DNA from: an uncultured delta proteobacterium
Lineage (GTDB): Bacteria; Desulfobacterota; Binatia; Binatales; Binataceae
Assembly (NCBI GenBank): GCA_963794325.1
Contig: CAWCDG010000005.1
Coordinates: 363,517-427,516 of the forward strand
Reading direction: 5' to 3'
Length of the DNA stretch: 64,000 nucleotides
Part shown: positions 9,516-18,938 of the stretch, piece after piece
Numbering within the stretch: the stretch's first letter is position 1
Layout: each line of letters opens with the position of its first letter
Made by a program: the position numbers and the translations under genes
Notes under the pieces: generated by a model
The model's database searches: none
Seen by the model: the letters and a program-made list of their open reading frames with translations, nothing else
Told to the model about the DNA's origin: nothing

Positions 9516-11190
9516 CTAGTCGTTCGAGCCCATGGCTTTTCTGACGCGATCGGGCCCGGCGATTACCACGCCGGTCGCGGTCGGGAAGAGATCGGAAGGC
9601 TTGATTCTCATCGCGGAGCCCGTCGGGCACGCATGAACACATCCCATGAACGGAAGCCCGTCGCACAGATCGCACTTTATGGGATAGGCAGCCGGGATGT
9701 GGGCCGCGCTCTTTGACAAAGACTCGGTGCTCGATTCGGACTGCTCTTTGGATGCCTGATTGCGGCCAAGAATCCGTTGCCAGAGGCTGCGCTCGATCCG
9801 CTCGTGATCGCCGCGCTCGTGACTCGCAAAGATCCTGCTCCATAGGCCTTGTTCGACCGCGTGTGAAGGAACCGGATAAGGCCGGAAGAATTCTTTGCCG
9901 AGAGTCTCGGCTTTTCGATCCTGCGCCGCATCGAACTTACCGGTCTCGATCATCGCGATGTTGTCGTAGGGGCAGGCGATCGCGCAATTGCCGCATCCGA
10001 TGCACATGTCGTATTGAAAGTAGATCTCGCCTTCCGGCCTTCGCTTGACCGCGCCGGTCGGGCAACTGTTCATGCATTTGGGATCGTCGCAATGGCGGCA
10101 CGCGGCCGGTATCAGGTATTTGCCCAGCTGGATCCCGGTCCTAATCAGGCGGCTGGTGCCATGAAGCGACTCGCACGCGGTTACGCAATTATCGCACTTG
10201 ACGCATAGGTCCAGATCCATCACCAGCAGCGCATCGGCCTGAATGACGCCAAACTGTCCGCTGTCTTTCAGAATCTCCGATAGCTCCGGCGTCAACTGTT
10301 CCTCAGCCGCGAGGCGGCGTTCTATGGTCGAACGCACTTGCGCTTCGGCCGAAGGAAATTGCTTGATGAGAGCCGCGACGTCCTCGCCGAGAATCTTGAT
10401 CACCTCGCACTTACCCGCCGTTAAGACGCTCGCATTGCGAACGCCGCCACCGCCGATCAGCGACATCTCGCCGAAATACTCGCCGGCCCGCCGATATGCG
10501 AGCACCCGTTGAGTGCCATCTTTGGCTTGGCGGACAACTTGGACGTAGCCGTCGCGGACGATGTACAGACTGTCGCCGACCTCACCCTGCTTGACCAGCA
10601 CGATTCCGCGTTGGTCGTAGCGTTTGATCTCGCAATCCGCGAGCAGGCGATCGATGAACTCGTCCTTAACGCCCTTGAAGAGCTCGAGTTCATTGACCAT
10701 CACGCGAATTGCGCGTTCGCGAAATCGGGCGGAGAGCAAGGCGCGTGCCTCGTCATTCGTTTCGACAAATTTGAGGCAATGCCGCGGGAATGTAGAAGAT
10801 CTCGGCACCGTCCTGCGCAGCGACTATATCCAGCGTGCGTGGAAGTCCGCCCAACGCGCCCATTTCGCCGTAGAACTCGCCGGCGACACGCGCGGCAACC
10901 TTGGTCCTGACCGCGCCATCGATTTCGAAGAGGTCCACGCCGCCCTTCAGAATGAAGCAGAGATCGAGCTCATATTCGCCCTTACTGCAGATGAGCTCGC
11001 CCCGGCGAAAATTCGCGAGGCGCATCGCAGCCTCGGAATCAAAGCCTTTCAGGAATGCGTCGCGCTGTTCGTCAGAAAAATGTTTGAAGAGATCGAATCC
11101 GGAAAGCTCGGACCACAATTCGTTCCCGGGCCTTCTAATCGGTACTCCAGCAAAACTCACAGGGCCACCGGCTACCGTGCCGCTGCTCAT
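9516..11190 (-). CDS. Protein with two cyclic-nucleotide-binding domains and a 4x[4Fe-4S] (DmsB/NrfC-type) domain; one frameshift near 10787 joins track ORFs 10753-11190 and 9516-10808
   Basis: GEFYGEMGALGGLPRT and GEYFGEMSLIGGGGVRNASV cassettes; CVKCDNCVTAC, CRHCDDPKCMNSCP, CIGCGNCAIACP, KCDLC...CVHACP. Removing one C from ATTCCCGCGG gives continuous ...EIFYIPRHCLKFV... Confidence 0.85.
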
Positions 11191-11225
11191 CTGTCAATAG
11201 CGGCCGACTGAACCGCATTTCGCTT

Positions 11226-11948
11226 TTAGAATCTTTCCTTGAAGGGACGGACTTCGAGCTCCATCGTCCATGCGCTCGGATCCTGATGCGCGAGATGCCA
11301 GTAGGTCTCTGCGATCGCCTCGGGCTTGAGAAAGTCGCCGTCTTTCAGGCTCGGCTTTAGTCCCCGCGCGCCAGGGATGTCGATGCTGCCGTCCACGTTG
11401 ATCCACACCACGTGGATGCCTTTCGGACCAAGGTCGCGAGCGAGTGATTGCGCCAGCCCGCGCATCGCGAACTTCGCGGGTCCAAACGAGACCGACTTCG
11501 CCCCAGCCTTCACGCCGGCGGTCGCCCCGGTGAAGAGCATCGTGCCATGCCCGCGCGCGATCATGCCGGGCGCGACTTCCTTGGCTGCGACGAACGCCCC
11601 GAGCGCATTCACCCGCCAGTCCGCTTCGTACTGCTCGGGCGTGATCTCTGTGATACTTCCGAATGCGCCGGTGCCCGCGTTATAGAGGAGCACCTCGGGC
11701 TCGCCGAGTTCTTTCCGAATGACGCGAAACGCATCGGCTATCTGCGCGGGATCGCTGACATCGCAACTGACGTCCAACACCGTCGCGCCGCTCTTCCGGA
11801 CCTCGCCAGCGAGTGCTTTCAAATACTCCGCTTTGCGCGCGAGCATGGCGACCGCGTAGTTCGTAGCGAAGCGACGGGCGAGTGCGGCGCCAAGTCCCGG
11901 ACCGACTCCGATAACGACCGCAACAGGTTGGTTAGACAGGGTACCCAT
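11226..11948 (-). CDS. Short-chain dehydrogenase/reductase
   Basis: GVGPGLG, YNAG, FTGATA, FGPAKFAMRGLAQSLARDLGPKGIHV. Confidence 0.92.
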   Translation of the reverse strand: MGTLSNQPVAVVIGVGPGLGAALARRFATNYAVAMLARKAEYLKALAGEVRKSGATVLDVSCDVSDPAQIADAFRVIRKELGEPEVLLYNAGTGAFGSITEITPEQYEADWRVNALGAFVAAKEVAPGMIARGHGTMLFTGATAGVKAGAKSVSFGPAKFAMRGLAQSLARDLGPKGIHVVWINVDGSIDIPGARGLKPSLKDGDFLKPEAIAETYWHLAHQDPSAWTMELEVRPFKERF

Positions 11949-12024
11949 AACTGGTGCTCCTTTGTGCGTGACGCGCTAGCGACTGCTCGCCAAGTGCATT
12001 CTCGCATGACACTCCAGTGATTGC

Positions 12025-12882
12025 CTATTTGTCTGCGGCGACATCGGAGCCGCTCCGGTCACTGGGTGCAGGGGTCACCCCTGCCGCCAGGATCGCGAGC
12101 GCGGTCTTGTGCAGCTCGCGATCGCCGGCGGCGATGATTTGTCCACCGTCGTACGGCGAGCCGCCCGACCAGTTCGTCACGACTCCACCCGCAGCCTCGA
12201 TGATCGGGATGAGCGGCTGGATATCGTAAGGCTGCAAGCCCGATTCGATAACCAGGTCGATGAAGCCCGCGGCGACGAGGCAGAACGAATAGCAATCGCC
12301 GCCGTAACGCCTCATGCGCGCCTTCGACGCCACCGCTCGAAACGCATCGCGCTCGCCCGGTCCCGTGAACATCGCAGGATCGGTTGCGCTGACGATCGCG
12401 TCGTCGAGCCGCCGGCATTCCCGCACGTTAAGCTTGTCGCTGGAACCGCCGCGCCTCAGTTCGGCCCCCATGCGCGAACCAACGAACGTCTCACCCGTGT
12501 ACGGCTGATGCATCACGCCAATCACCGGCCGCACACCGTCGTTGAGTGCGATCAAAACTCCCCAATGCAGTTGTCCGATAATGAACGCTCGCGTGCCGTC
12601 GATCGGATCGATGATCCAGGTGAGCGGGTCGGTGCCGGCTGCGAAGCCATGCTCCTCGCCGAGGATGTTGTGGCCGGGATAGACGCGCTGAATCTCGTCG
12701 CGAATCGCCTGCTCCGCCGCACGATCGGCGAGCGTCACCGGATCGTAGCCGGCCCCGGCGATCTTGTTCTCGACCTCGAGGCGCGCGCGAAAGTGCGGCA
12801 GGATCGTGCGTCCCGCGAGGTCCGCGAGATGGCACGCGAATGCGGTGTACTCCGAGATCGCGCGATCGTCCATCGTCGTCAT
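12025..12882 (-). CDS. hisN: Histidinol-phosphatase, inositol monophosphatase family
   Basis: DPVTLADRAAE, ILGEE, WIIDPIDGTRAF, YGGDCY, LQPYDI motifs; start placed at ATG 12882. Confidence 0.82.
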   Translation of the reverse strand: MTTMDDRAISEYTAFACHLADLAGRTILPHFRARLEVENKIAGAGYDPVTLADRAAEQAIRDEIQRVYPGHNILGEEHGFAAGTDPLTWIIDPIDGTRAFIIGQLHWGVLIALNDGVRPVIGVMHQPYTGETFVGSRMGAELRRGGSSDKLNVRECRRLDDAIVSATDPAMFTGPGERDAFRAVASKARMRRYGGDCYSFCLVAAGFIDLVIESGLQPYDIQPLIPIIEAAGGVVTNWSGGSPYDGGQIIAAGDRELHKTALAILAAGVTPAPSDRSGSDVAADK

Positions 12883-12983
12883 AGTTGGCAATCGAGGAAG
12901 TTTTTGCAATGCATGGAAGGCGATAATGTTGAAGGGCGGCGCAATAGTTGGACGGCCCAAGTTTGCGAGTTGACAAAATCCTT

Positions 12984-13646
12984 GTGAATACCGAACGAAT
13001 CAGAATCGAAAGGGACCGCGCGGCTTTACTGATAGTCGACATGCAACCGGATTTCCTTCCGGGCGGCACATTGCCCGTCCCCGGAGCGGACGCGATTGTG
13101 TCCCCTATGCGCAAACTAATGAACTCCGGGTGCTTCGACTTGATCGTCGCATCGCAGGACTGGCACCCGCGCGACCACGTTTCGTTTGCCAGCAACCATC
13201 CTGGTCGAAAGCCGATGGACACGATCGAGCTCTACGGCCATCCGCAAACCCTCTGGCCCGACCACTGTATCCAGGGCACACCGGGTGCCGCGATGCATCC
13301 GGAGCTGCCTTGGGAGAGAGTCGCCGCAATCATCAGAAAGGCCACCGATCGACAAACTGATTCTTACAGTGCGCTTCGCAACAACTGGAATCCGCAAGGC
13401 AATCGGCCGCCGACCGGACTGACCGGTTATCTTAAGAATCGAGGCATCGAAGATCTCTTCCTATGCGGTGTCGCCGGCGACTTCTGCGTCAAATGGACTG
13501 CCGAGGACGCCCTCGATGAAGGCCTCCGCGTGCACGTAATTTGGGACCTATGTCGATCTATCGATCCTTCATCTGACGAGCTAGTCGCTCGCGCGCTCCA
13601 CTCGCGCGGCGCCGATATCATCTCCGTCCTGAACCTGCCGCTGTAG
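12984..13646 (+). CDS. pncA: Nicotinamidase/pyrazinamidase
   Basis: LIVDMQPDFLPGG, SQDWHP, LWPDHCIQGT, DSYSA, GVAGDFCVKWTA; start placed at GTG 12984. Confidence 0.9.
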   Translation: MNTERIRIERDRAALLIVDMQPDFLPGGTLPVPGADAIVSPMRKLMNSGCFDLIVASQDWHPRDHVSFASNHPGRKPMDTIELYGHPQTLWPDHCIQGTPGAAMHPELPWERVAAIIRKATDRQTDSYSALRNNWNPQGNRPPTGLTGYLKNRGIEDLFLCGVAGDFCVKWTAEDALDEGLRVHVIWDLCRSIDPSSDELVARALHSRGADIISVLNLPL

Positions 13647-13689
13647 GCTCGACGGCAAGCGTTCCCGCAAGTGTGCCGCATAGCCGCGG

Positions 13690-15117
13690 TTACGGGACTT
13701 CGGTGCTCGCGTCCAGCCACGCGAGCATCAGCTCATTCACCATCGACGGATCGAGCGAGGCCGCGCCGCCGCCGTACACCGCGCCGCTGCGCGCGGGCGT
13801 CGCCGGCGGATTCTTCGCGTATTCGACGCCGGCCGCGATGTCCCTGACGAAGCGCGTCGCAACTCCCGGCAGCGTCTGCGGCAATGTGACGCACAGATGA
13901 AAGCCCGCGGGCTTCTGAAGCCCGTTGAGACGCCATCCGCGCTCCGCGAGAAAATCGTTCACGTGGTAGATATCCACCTGGTCGGACGTGAACGCGATGC
14001 AGTAGGTCGGCTTGCCGATAATCTTGAGCTCAGGGATTTTTGCGACTCCTGTTTTGATCGTATCCGCTGCCTTCATGATGCGCCGCGTCGCCTTCAGGTA
14101 GCCCTCCTCGCCGAGCGTGACCATCGCGGCCCAGGTCGATGCGCTGATTCCCTCCGAGCGGCTGCCGGCAACCGTCGGCGACGCATACAACCCGCCCTGC
14201 CAGTCGGTGATCGAAAAGTACATGCGCCGGCGCAACGCGCGATTTCGATAGAGCACGACTGACGCACCCTTCAGCCCATAGCCCCATTTGTGCGTGTCGC
14301 AGGACATCGAGGTGACGCCCGGCAAACGGAAGTCGAACACAGGAATGTCGTACCCGAGCTTCGCGATCCACGGCAGGATGAACCCGCCGAAGCAGCTATC
14401 GACATGCAGGCCGATGCCGGCTTCTAGCGCGAGGTTGGATAACTTCTCGATCGGATCGATCAACCCGTGCGGATAATTCGCCGCCGAGCCCGCGATCGCG
14501 ATGGTGTTGGGACCGATTGCGCGCCGCATCGCGTCCACGTCGGCCAGGTAATCGGGGCCGACCGGTACGCGAATCAGCTTGATGCCGAAAAAGTGCGCGC
14601 CTTTTGAAAATGCCGGATGAATCGTGTCCGGCACCACCATCTCGGGCGCCGTGATTGCGCGCTCGGCCCGCGCTTTCTCCCGATACGCCAGCATAGGCAG
14701 GATGATGCTCTCGGTGCCGCCCGACGTGATCGCGCCGCACACGTCGGCCTGCGGATCTTTCTCGCGCGCCAGCTCTGCGCCGAGCATCCGCGCCGTCATC
14801 GCGATTACTTCGCCCTCGAACTTGGTGCCGCTCGGGCACATGTCGCGCTGCAGCAGGTTGACGTGCGAAAAGAGCGAGAACACGCGGTTGAGGTAAGCGT
14901 AGTGCTCCATCCCGCCGTGGTAGTAGGTGCCTGATATCTGGCCGGTCTGCCAGCGTGCGTTTTCCTCGCGCGCGATGCTGCGCAGCTCGCGCATGACGTC
15001 CTCGGGCTTGCGGCTCTTTGTGGGCAGCTCGCGATAGGTCTCGAAGGTTTCGCGATAGGGAAACATATCTCCGAAAGGCCCGGAGGGTTCTTGCTGCTTC
15101 TTCGCTGCTTTGGGCAT
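13690..15117 (-). CDS. PLP-dependent sphingosine-1-phosphate-lyase-like enzyme
   Basis: ISGTYYHG, TSGGTESI, LHVDSCFGGF, SCDTHKWGYGLKGASV, DWQGGLYASPTVAGSR. Confidence 0.88.
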   Translation of the reverse strand: MPKAAKKQQEPSGPFGDMFPYRETFETYRELPTKSRKPEDVMRELRSIAREENARWQTGQISGTYYHGGMEHYAYLNRVFSLFSHVNLLQRDMCPSGTKFEGEVIAMTARMLGAELAREKDPQADVCGAITSGGTESIILPMLAYREKARAERAITAPEMVVPDTIHPAFSKGAHFFGIKLIRVPVGPDYLADVDAMRRAIGPNTIAIAGSAANYPHGLIDPIEKLSNLALEAGIGLHVDSCFGGFILPWIAKLGYDIPVFDFRLPGVTSMSCDTHKWGYGLKGASVVLYRNRALRRRMYFSITDWQGGLYASPTVAGSRSEGISASTWAAMVTLGEEGYLKATRRIMKAADTIKTGVAKIPELKIIGKPTYCIAFTSDQVDIYHVNDFLAERGWRLNGLQKPAGFHLCVTLPQTLPGVATRFVRDIAAGVEYAKNPPATPARSGAVYGGGAASLDPSMVNELMLAWLDASTEVP

Positions 15118-15183
15118 GGAACGACTCCTTGGAGATCTCTCGTCGATTTGAATACTAGTCCATCGACCCGTTCAATCCGACGC

Positions 15184-16761
15184 TCATGTGCCCGGGTTGA
15201 GGCGGCGGTAGATCGCGCGGTTGCGCTTGTAGAATTCGAGGAATTCGCGGAACTGGCGATCGTAGATGCGCCGGTTGATCTCGATCGGCCGATACTCGGC
15301 GGCGATCTTCACCCGTCCAGAGATTTCCTCGATCGTAATCTCGCCCAGCGCGGCAAACGCCGCCATCGCAGCGCCGACAGCGTTGGCATTGCGCGGATTG
15401 GCGACCTGCCGCACTGTGCATCCGAGTACGTCGGCCTGGATCTGGCACCATAGATCAGAGCTCGCGCCGCCGCCGATGAAATTGAGCTGCTCGAACGGCC
15501 GCCCAATGAACTTCTCGAGGTGACCCTTGAGCCATCGCAGGTTGTACGCGACGCCTTCCATCACCGCGCGCACGTAATGGCCGCGGCTGGTGCGCGCAGT
15601 CTGGTTGAAGAAGGCGCTGCGCGTCGATGCGTCCTCGTGTGGTGCAAGCACCCCGTTGATCCATGGCGTGAAGATTAAGCCGTCGCTCCCGGGCGGGACT
15701 TCCGCGGCGAGCCGGTTCATGTCGGCATAAACGTCGATGGGAGAATTCGCACTTCCAGCGGGATACAAAATGTCTTTCAGGAATTCGAGACTGCGACCCG
15801 CGGCGCCCTGCTCGGCGCCCACCATGTAGCGACCCGGGAGCGCAGCCGGCATCGCAGTCAGCATGTGCAGCGGATCGGTTTTCTTCGCCGGCACATGGCA
15901 GCTCATCCACGACGAGGTGCCGATATAGAAGTATCCCTCATAGTCGCGCACGGTGCCGGCGCCTAGGGTCGCCGCATGGCCATCGGCGGAGCCCATCACG
16001 ACGCGAGTTGAAGGCGTCAGGCCGAGGTCCGCCGCGACCCCGGGTTTGATTGGGCCGAGCACGGAGTTGACCGGCCGCAAGTCAGGCAACTTCGCGCGAT
16101 CGACTCCGGCCATCGCAAGCAACTCGGGTACATAGTCAATCCTGTCAGGATTGCGAATGTCAGTTAACCAGTAAGTGAACATCGTCGCGTACGACGCCGC
16201 AAATTGCCCGGTGAGGCGCAGGTTGAGGTAGTCCATCGGCTCGAGAAACTTGAAAGTCCGCGCATACATCTCGGGTCGCTCGTTCTTGATGAAGAGGATA
16301 TGCCCGAGGCCATCGACGCCCGATTGAACTGGCGCGCCGCCCGTGAAGCGCAGCCATTTGAGCACCTTGAACAGTCCGTAGCCCTGGATTCGCGGCCATC
16401 CGCCGGAGACTGCGCGATTGTATTTCGCGCCGCGCGTGTCCATCCACGAGATCGCATTCCCGATTGCCGCGCCGCCCTCATCAACGGCCACTGTGACAGC
16501 CCACAGCGTGGTGCATGCGACGGCGATGATCTGTTCCGCTGGTACGCGCGAGGCCGCGATCGCCTCCTTCGCTGAGCCGCACACGGAGCGCCACCATTCC
16601 TCGGGATCATGCTCGACCGCACCGCCCTCCATGAACATCGTAGTGGTATGACGGATTGCCGATGCGACGACTTCACCCGCACTCGAAACAACGGCGGCCT
16701 TGGTGCTGCCGGATCCCATATCGATGGCGAGCACGTATTTCAGCGGAATGGAGGATGGCAT
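15184..16761 (-). CDS. FGGY-family carbohydrate kinase (xylulokinase-like)
   Basis: LAIDMGSGSTKA, SWMDTRG, IGTSSW, RAVMEGVA, GGGASSDLWCQIQADV. Confidence 0.9.
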   Translation of the reverse strand: MPSSIPLKYVLAIDMGSGSTKAAVVSSAGEVVASAIRHTTTMFMEGGAVEHDPEEWWRSVCGSAKEAIAASRVPAEQIIAVACTTLWAVTVAVDEGGAAIGNAISWMDTRGAKYNRAVSGGWPRIQGYGLFKVLKWLRFTGGAPVQSGVDGLGHILFIKNERPEMYARTFKFLEPMDYLNLRLTGQFAASYATMFTYWLTDIRNPDRIDYVPELLAMAGVDRAKLPDLRPVNSVLGPIKPGVAADLGLTPSTRVVMGSADGHAATLGAGTVRDYEGYFYIGTSSWMSCHVPAKKTDPLHMLTAMPAALPGRYMVGAEQGAAGRSLEFLKDILYPAGSANSPIDVYADMNRLAAEVPPGSDGLIFTPWINGVLAPHEDASTRSAFFNQTARTSRGHYVRAVMEGVAYNLRWLKGHLEKFIGRPFEQLNFIGGGASSDLWCQIQADVLGCTVRQVANPRNANAVGAAMAAFAALGEITIEEISGRVKIAAEYRPIEINRRIYDRQFREFLEFYKRNRAIYRRLNPGT

Positions 16762-16794
16762 CAGTAATTCCGCTCGCGCTGGACGGTTTCGCGG

Positions 16795-17940
16795 CTACTC
16801 TTCTGTCAGCGCGTTCAGGTCGGAGATCGCCTCGACGAAGTCTTCCATGAACTCTTTCACCACTGCGCGAGTTGATTTCACGCTGTCGATCAAACCGACG
16901 CCCTGGCCGACGAAATAGGTGACCATTTCGCGCGCCTTCGGGTTGCCGCGCTCGGCTGCGAGATCGACGGCGTGGAGAGCAGGCTCGCTGATGAGGCTTT
17001 GCAGCGGCATCGGCAGCGCGCCGGGGCTGCCCGCGCCCTCCCACGCGTCGGTCCAGGTCGAACGCAACTGGCGCGACGGTTTGCCAGTGCGGCCTTTGGA
17101 ACGAACGGTGTCGCGCGATCGCGCTTCGATCATTTTCTGGCGAAAGATTTCCGAGGTCTCCGATTCCGTCGTCGCCAGCCACACCGACCCGGTCCACACG
17201 CCGGCCGCGCCCATCGCCATGCAGGCCGCCATCTGGCGGCCGGTCATGATGCCGCCGGCGGCCAATACCGGAACCTCGCGGATCAATTTGATCGCGCGAA
17301 GCACTTCGGGGATAAGCACGATAGTCGAGACTTCGCCGCAATGGCCGCCAGCCTCGCCGCCTTGCGCGACAATTATATCGACTCCCGCTTTGGCCTGGCG
17401 CACTGCATGTTCCGGCGCTCCCACCAGCGCAGCGACCGGCACTCCATGCTGATGGCCCATATCGATCATGGCCTGCGGCGGCACGCCAAGCGCGTTGGCG
17501 ATCAATTTGATCGGATGCTGAAATGCAGCCTCGAGCAGCTTCAGCGCGTATTCCGGCTGAAACGGGACGGGCCCATCGGGAGACCTGACGCGCCCTTCTT
17601 CAATCGCCTGCGAGGGCTCGATTCCATGCCTGGAAAGGAGATCGCGCACGAAATCCTTGTGTTGCTGCGGGATGCGCTCCGCGAGCGAGCGGTTTGTGAC
17701 GCCCTGCTCGTATTTGATCGAGAGGTTCTCCGGAATGAGCACATCGATCCCGTATGGCTTGCCGTCGATGTGATCGTCGATCCATTTCAGCTCGCGCTCG
17801 AGCTGATCGATCGTGAAGGCGGTTGCTCCAAGCACTCCGAAACCGCCCGCCCGGCTCACGGCGGCCACCACGTCGCGGCAGTGGCTGAACGCCACCAACG
17901 GAAAATCGATGCCGAGCATTTTACAAATCGGTGTGTTCAC
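16795..17940 (-). CDS. Nitronate monooxygenase / FabK-like FMN-dependent oxidoreductase
   Basis: AFSHCRDVVAAVS, AQGGEAGGHCG, VLAAGGIMTGRQ, GVWTGSVWL; AAGGAG RBS. Confidence 0.88.
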   Translation of the reverse strand: MNTPICKMLGIDFPLVAFSHCRDVVAAVSRAGGFGVLGATAFTIDQLERELKWIDDHIDGKPYGIDVLIPENLSIKYEQGVTNRSLAERIPQQHKDFVRDLLSRHGIEPSQAIEEGRVRSPDGPVPFQPEYALKLLEAAFQHPIKLIANALGVPPQAMIDMGHQHGVPVAALVGAPEHAVRQAKAGVDIIVAQGGEAGGHCGEVSTIVLIPEVLRAIKLIREVPVLAAGGIMTGRQMAACMAMGAAGVWTGSVWLATTESETSEIFRQKMIEARSRDTVRSKGRTGKPSRQLRSTWTDAWEGAGSPGALPMPLQSLISEPALHAVDLAAERGNPKAREMVTYFVGQGVGLIDSVKSTRAVVKEFMEDFVEAISDLNALTEE

Positions 17941-17967
17941 TCTGACGACTCCTTGCAGCTCATGATT

Positions 17968-18042
17968 CTATCTGCCGATTCGTCGCGCGTTGAGCTCACT
18001 GAACCATACACCACCATCGGGCGCGATATCGATTCCGCGGCA
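17968..18042 (-). pseudogene. 3' remnant of a Vgb (virginiamycin B lyase)-type beta-propeller gene
   Basis: RGIDIAPDGGVWFSELNARRIGR-stop resembles one Vgb repeat; no matching upstream continuation. Confidence 0.55.
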
Positions 18043-18322
18043 AGTTGAGGTCTCGCCACTGCGCAAGGATTTCGATTTCATTTTCGAGTTGCCCGCGTCG
18101 GTGTTCGAAGGAGTCGCGGCGGGACTGATCGACTTGATCGACGCCGGATTAAAGGACAGCGTCAAGATCACCGGGGATATGAGAGTCCTGATCAGGCATG
18201 CAGAATTGGTGAACGTGATCTACGGCGTTTACGCGCGCGAGATCGAAACGACTTGGCCGAAGGGCAAGCCGGCAAGACCGGCGACGCGATGCTCCGCGCC
18301 GATTCGCGTCGCGTCGCTATGA
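18041..18322 (+). pseudogene. 5'-truncated SCP2 sterol/lipid-binding-domain-like gene
   Basis: DFIFELPASVFEGVAAGLIDLIDAGLKDSVKITGDMRVLIRHA resembles the C-terminal half of SCP2; no start or RBS. Confidence 0.5.
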
Positions 18323-18913
18323 AGCTTCAGCGGCCTTCGCCGCCATCGTCGCGTGGGCCCACCAGACGAGCTCATCCAAAGCCGACTTCGTGGCAGCAAG
18401 CAGGCTTGCCTCGATGTCTTCGATGGGCTTGTTTGCCCCCATCGGGGAGGTCGACATGAAATCGGCGCCGCCAATGTGGACGGAGGCTGCGGTCGAAACC
18501 ATTCGCAGCGCAATCGCGATGAGGCCTAGATGCTCAACCGCCCGCGCCGCTCCGCTTCCCCCGTAACCAATGGCAGTGAACGGCTTCCGTCCCCACTCCT
18601 TATAGGCCTGGTCGAGTGCGTTCTTCAGCACACCCGTGATCGAGTGATTGTATTCGGCGACCACGAAGACGAAACCGTCATACCGTGCGAGCGTTTTCTG
18701 CCAGCGCAATGCCTCGGCGTTCTCGCTGGGCATCGAGATAAGCGGCCCCTTCTCATCGAAGAACGGCAGCGGATGGTCGAGGAGGTCAAGAAGCTCCGCC
18801 TCGATGTCGTCACGGGCCTGTGCCTGCTTCAGCATCCAGCCAGCGGCCTTGTCGGCGTACCGACCGGGCCGGGTGGAACCAATCACGACGGCGATGCGGG
18901 GTTTCGTGGTCAT
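18317..18913 (-). CDS. NADPH-dependent FMN reductase
   Basis: IGSTRPGR, AEYNHSITGVLKNALD, GYGGSGAARAVEHL. Confidence 0.92.
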   Translation of the reverse strand: MTTKPRIAVVIGSTRPGRYADKAAGWMLKQAQARDDIEAELLDLLDHPLPFFDEKGPLISMPSENAEALRWQKTLARYDGFVFVVAEYNHSITGVLKNALDQAYKEWGRKPFTAIGYGGSGAARAVEHLGLIAIALRMVSTAASVHIGGADFMSTSPMGANKPIEDIEASLLAATKSALDELVWWAHATMAAKAAEAS

Positions 18914-18938
18914 GATAACTTCAAATTTTGATTTCGGA

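Noticed and set aside
10786-10788. Programmed frameshift in the cNMP-FeS gene (and at about 7530)
   Set aside because: No slippery heptamer seen; the extra base at 10787 is in a C run like others in the window, so sequencing error is simpler.
16972-18048. 358-aa plus-strand ORF
   Set aside because: Antisense to the nitronate monooxygenase-family gene; GC-rich shadow frame.
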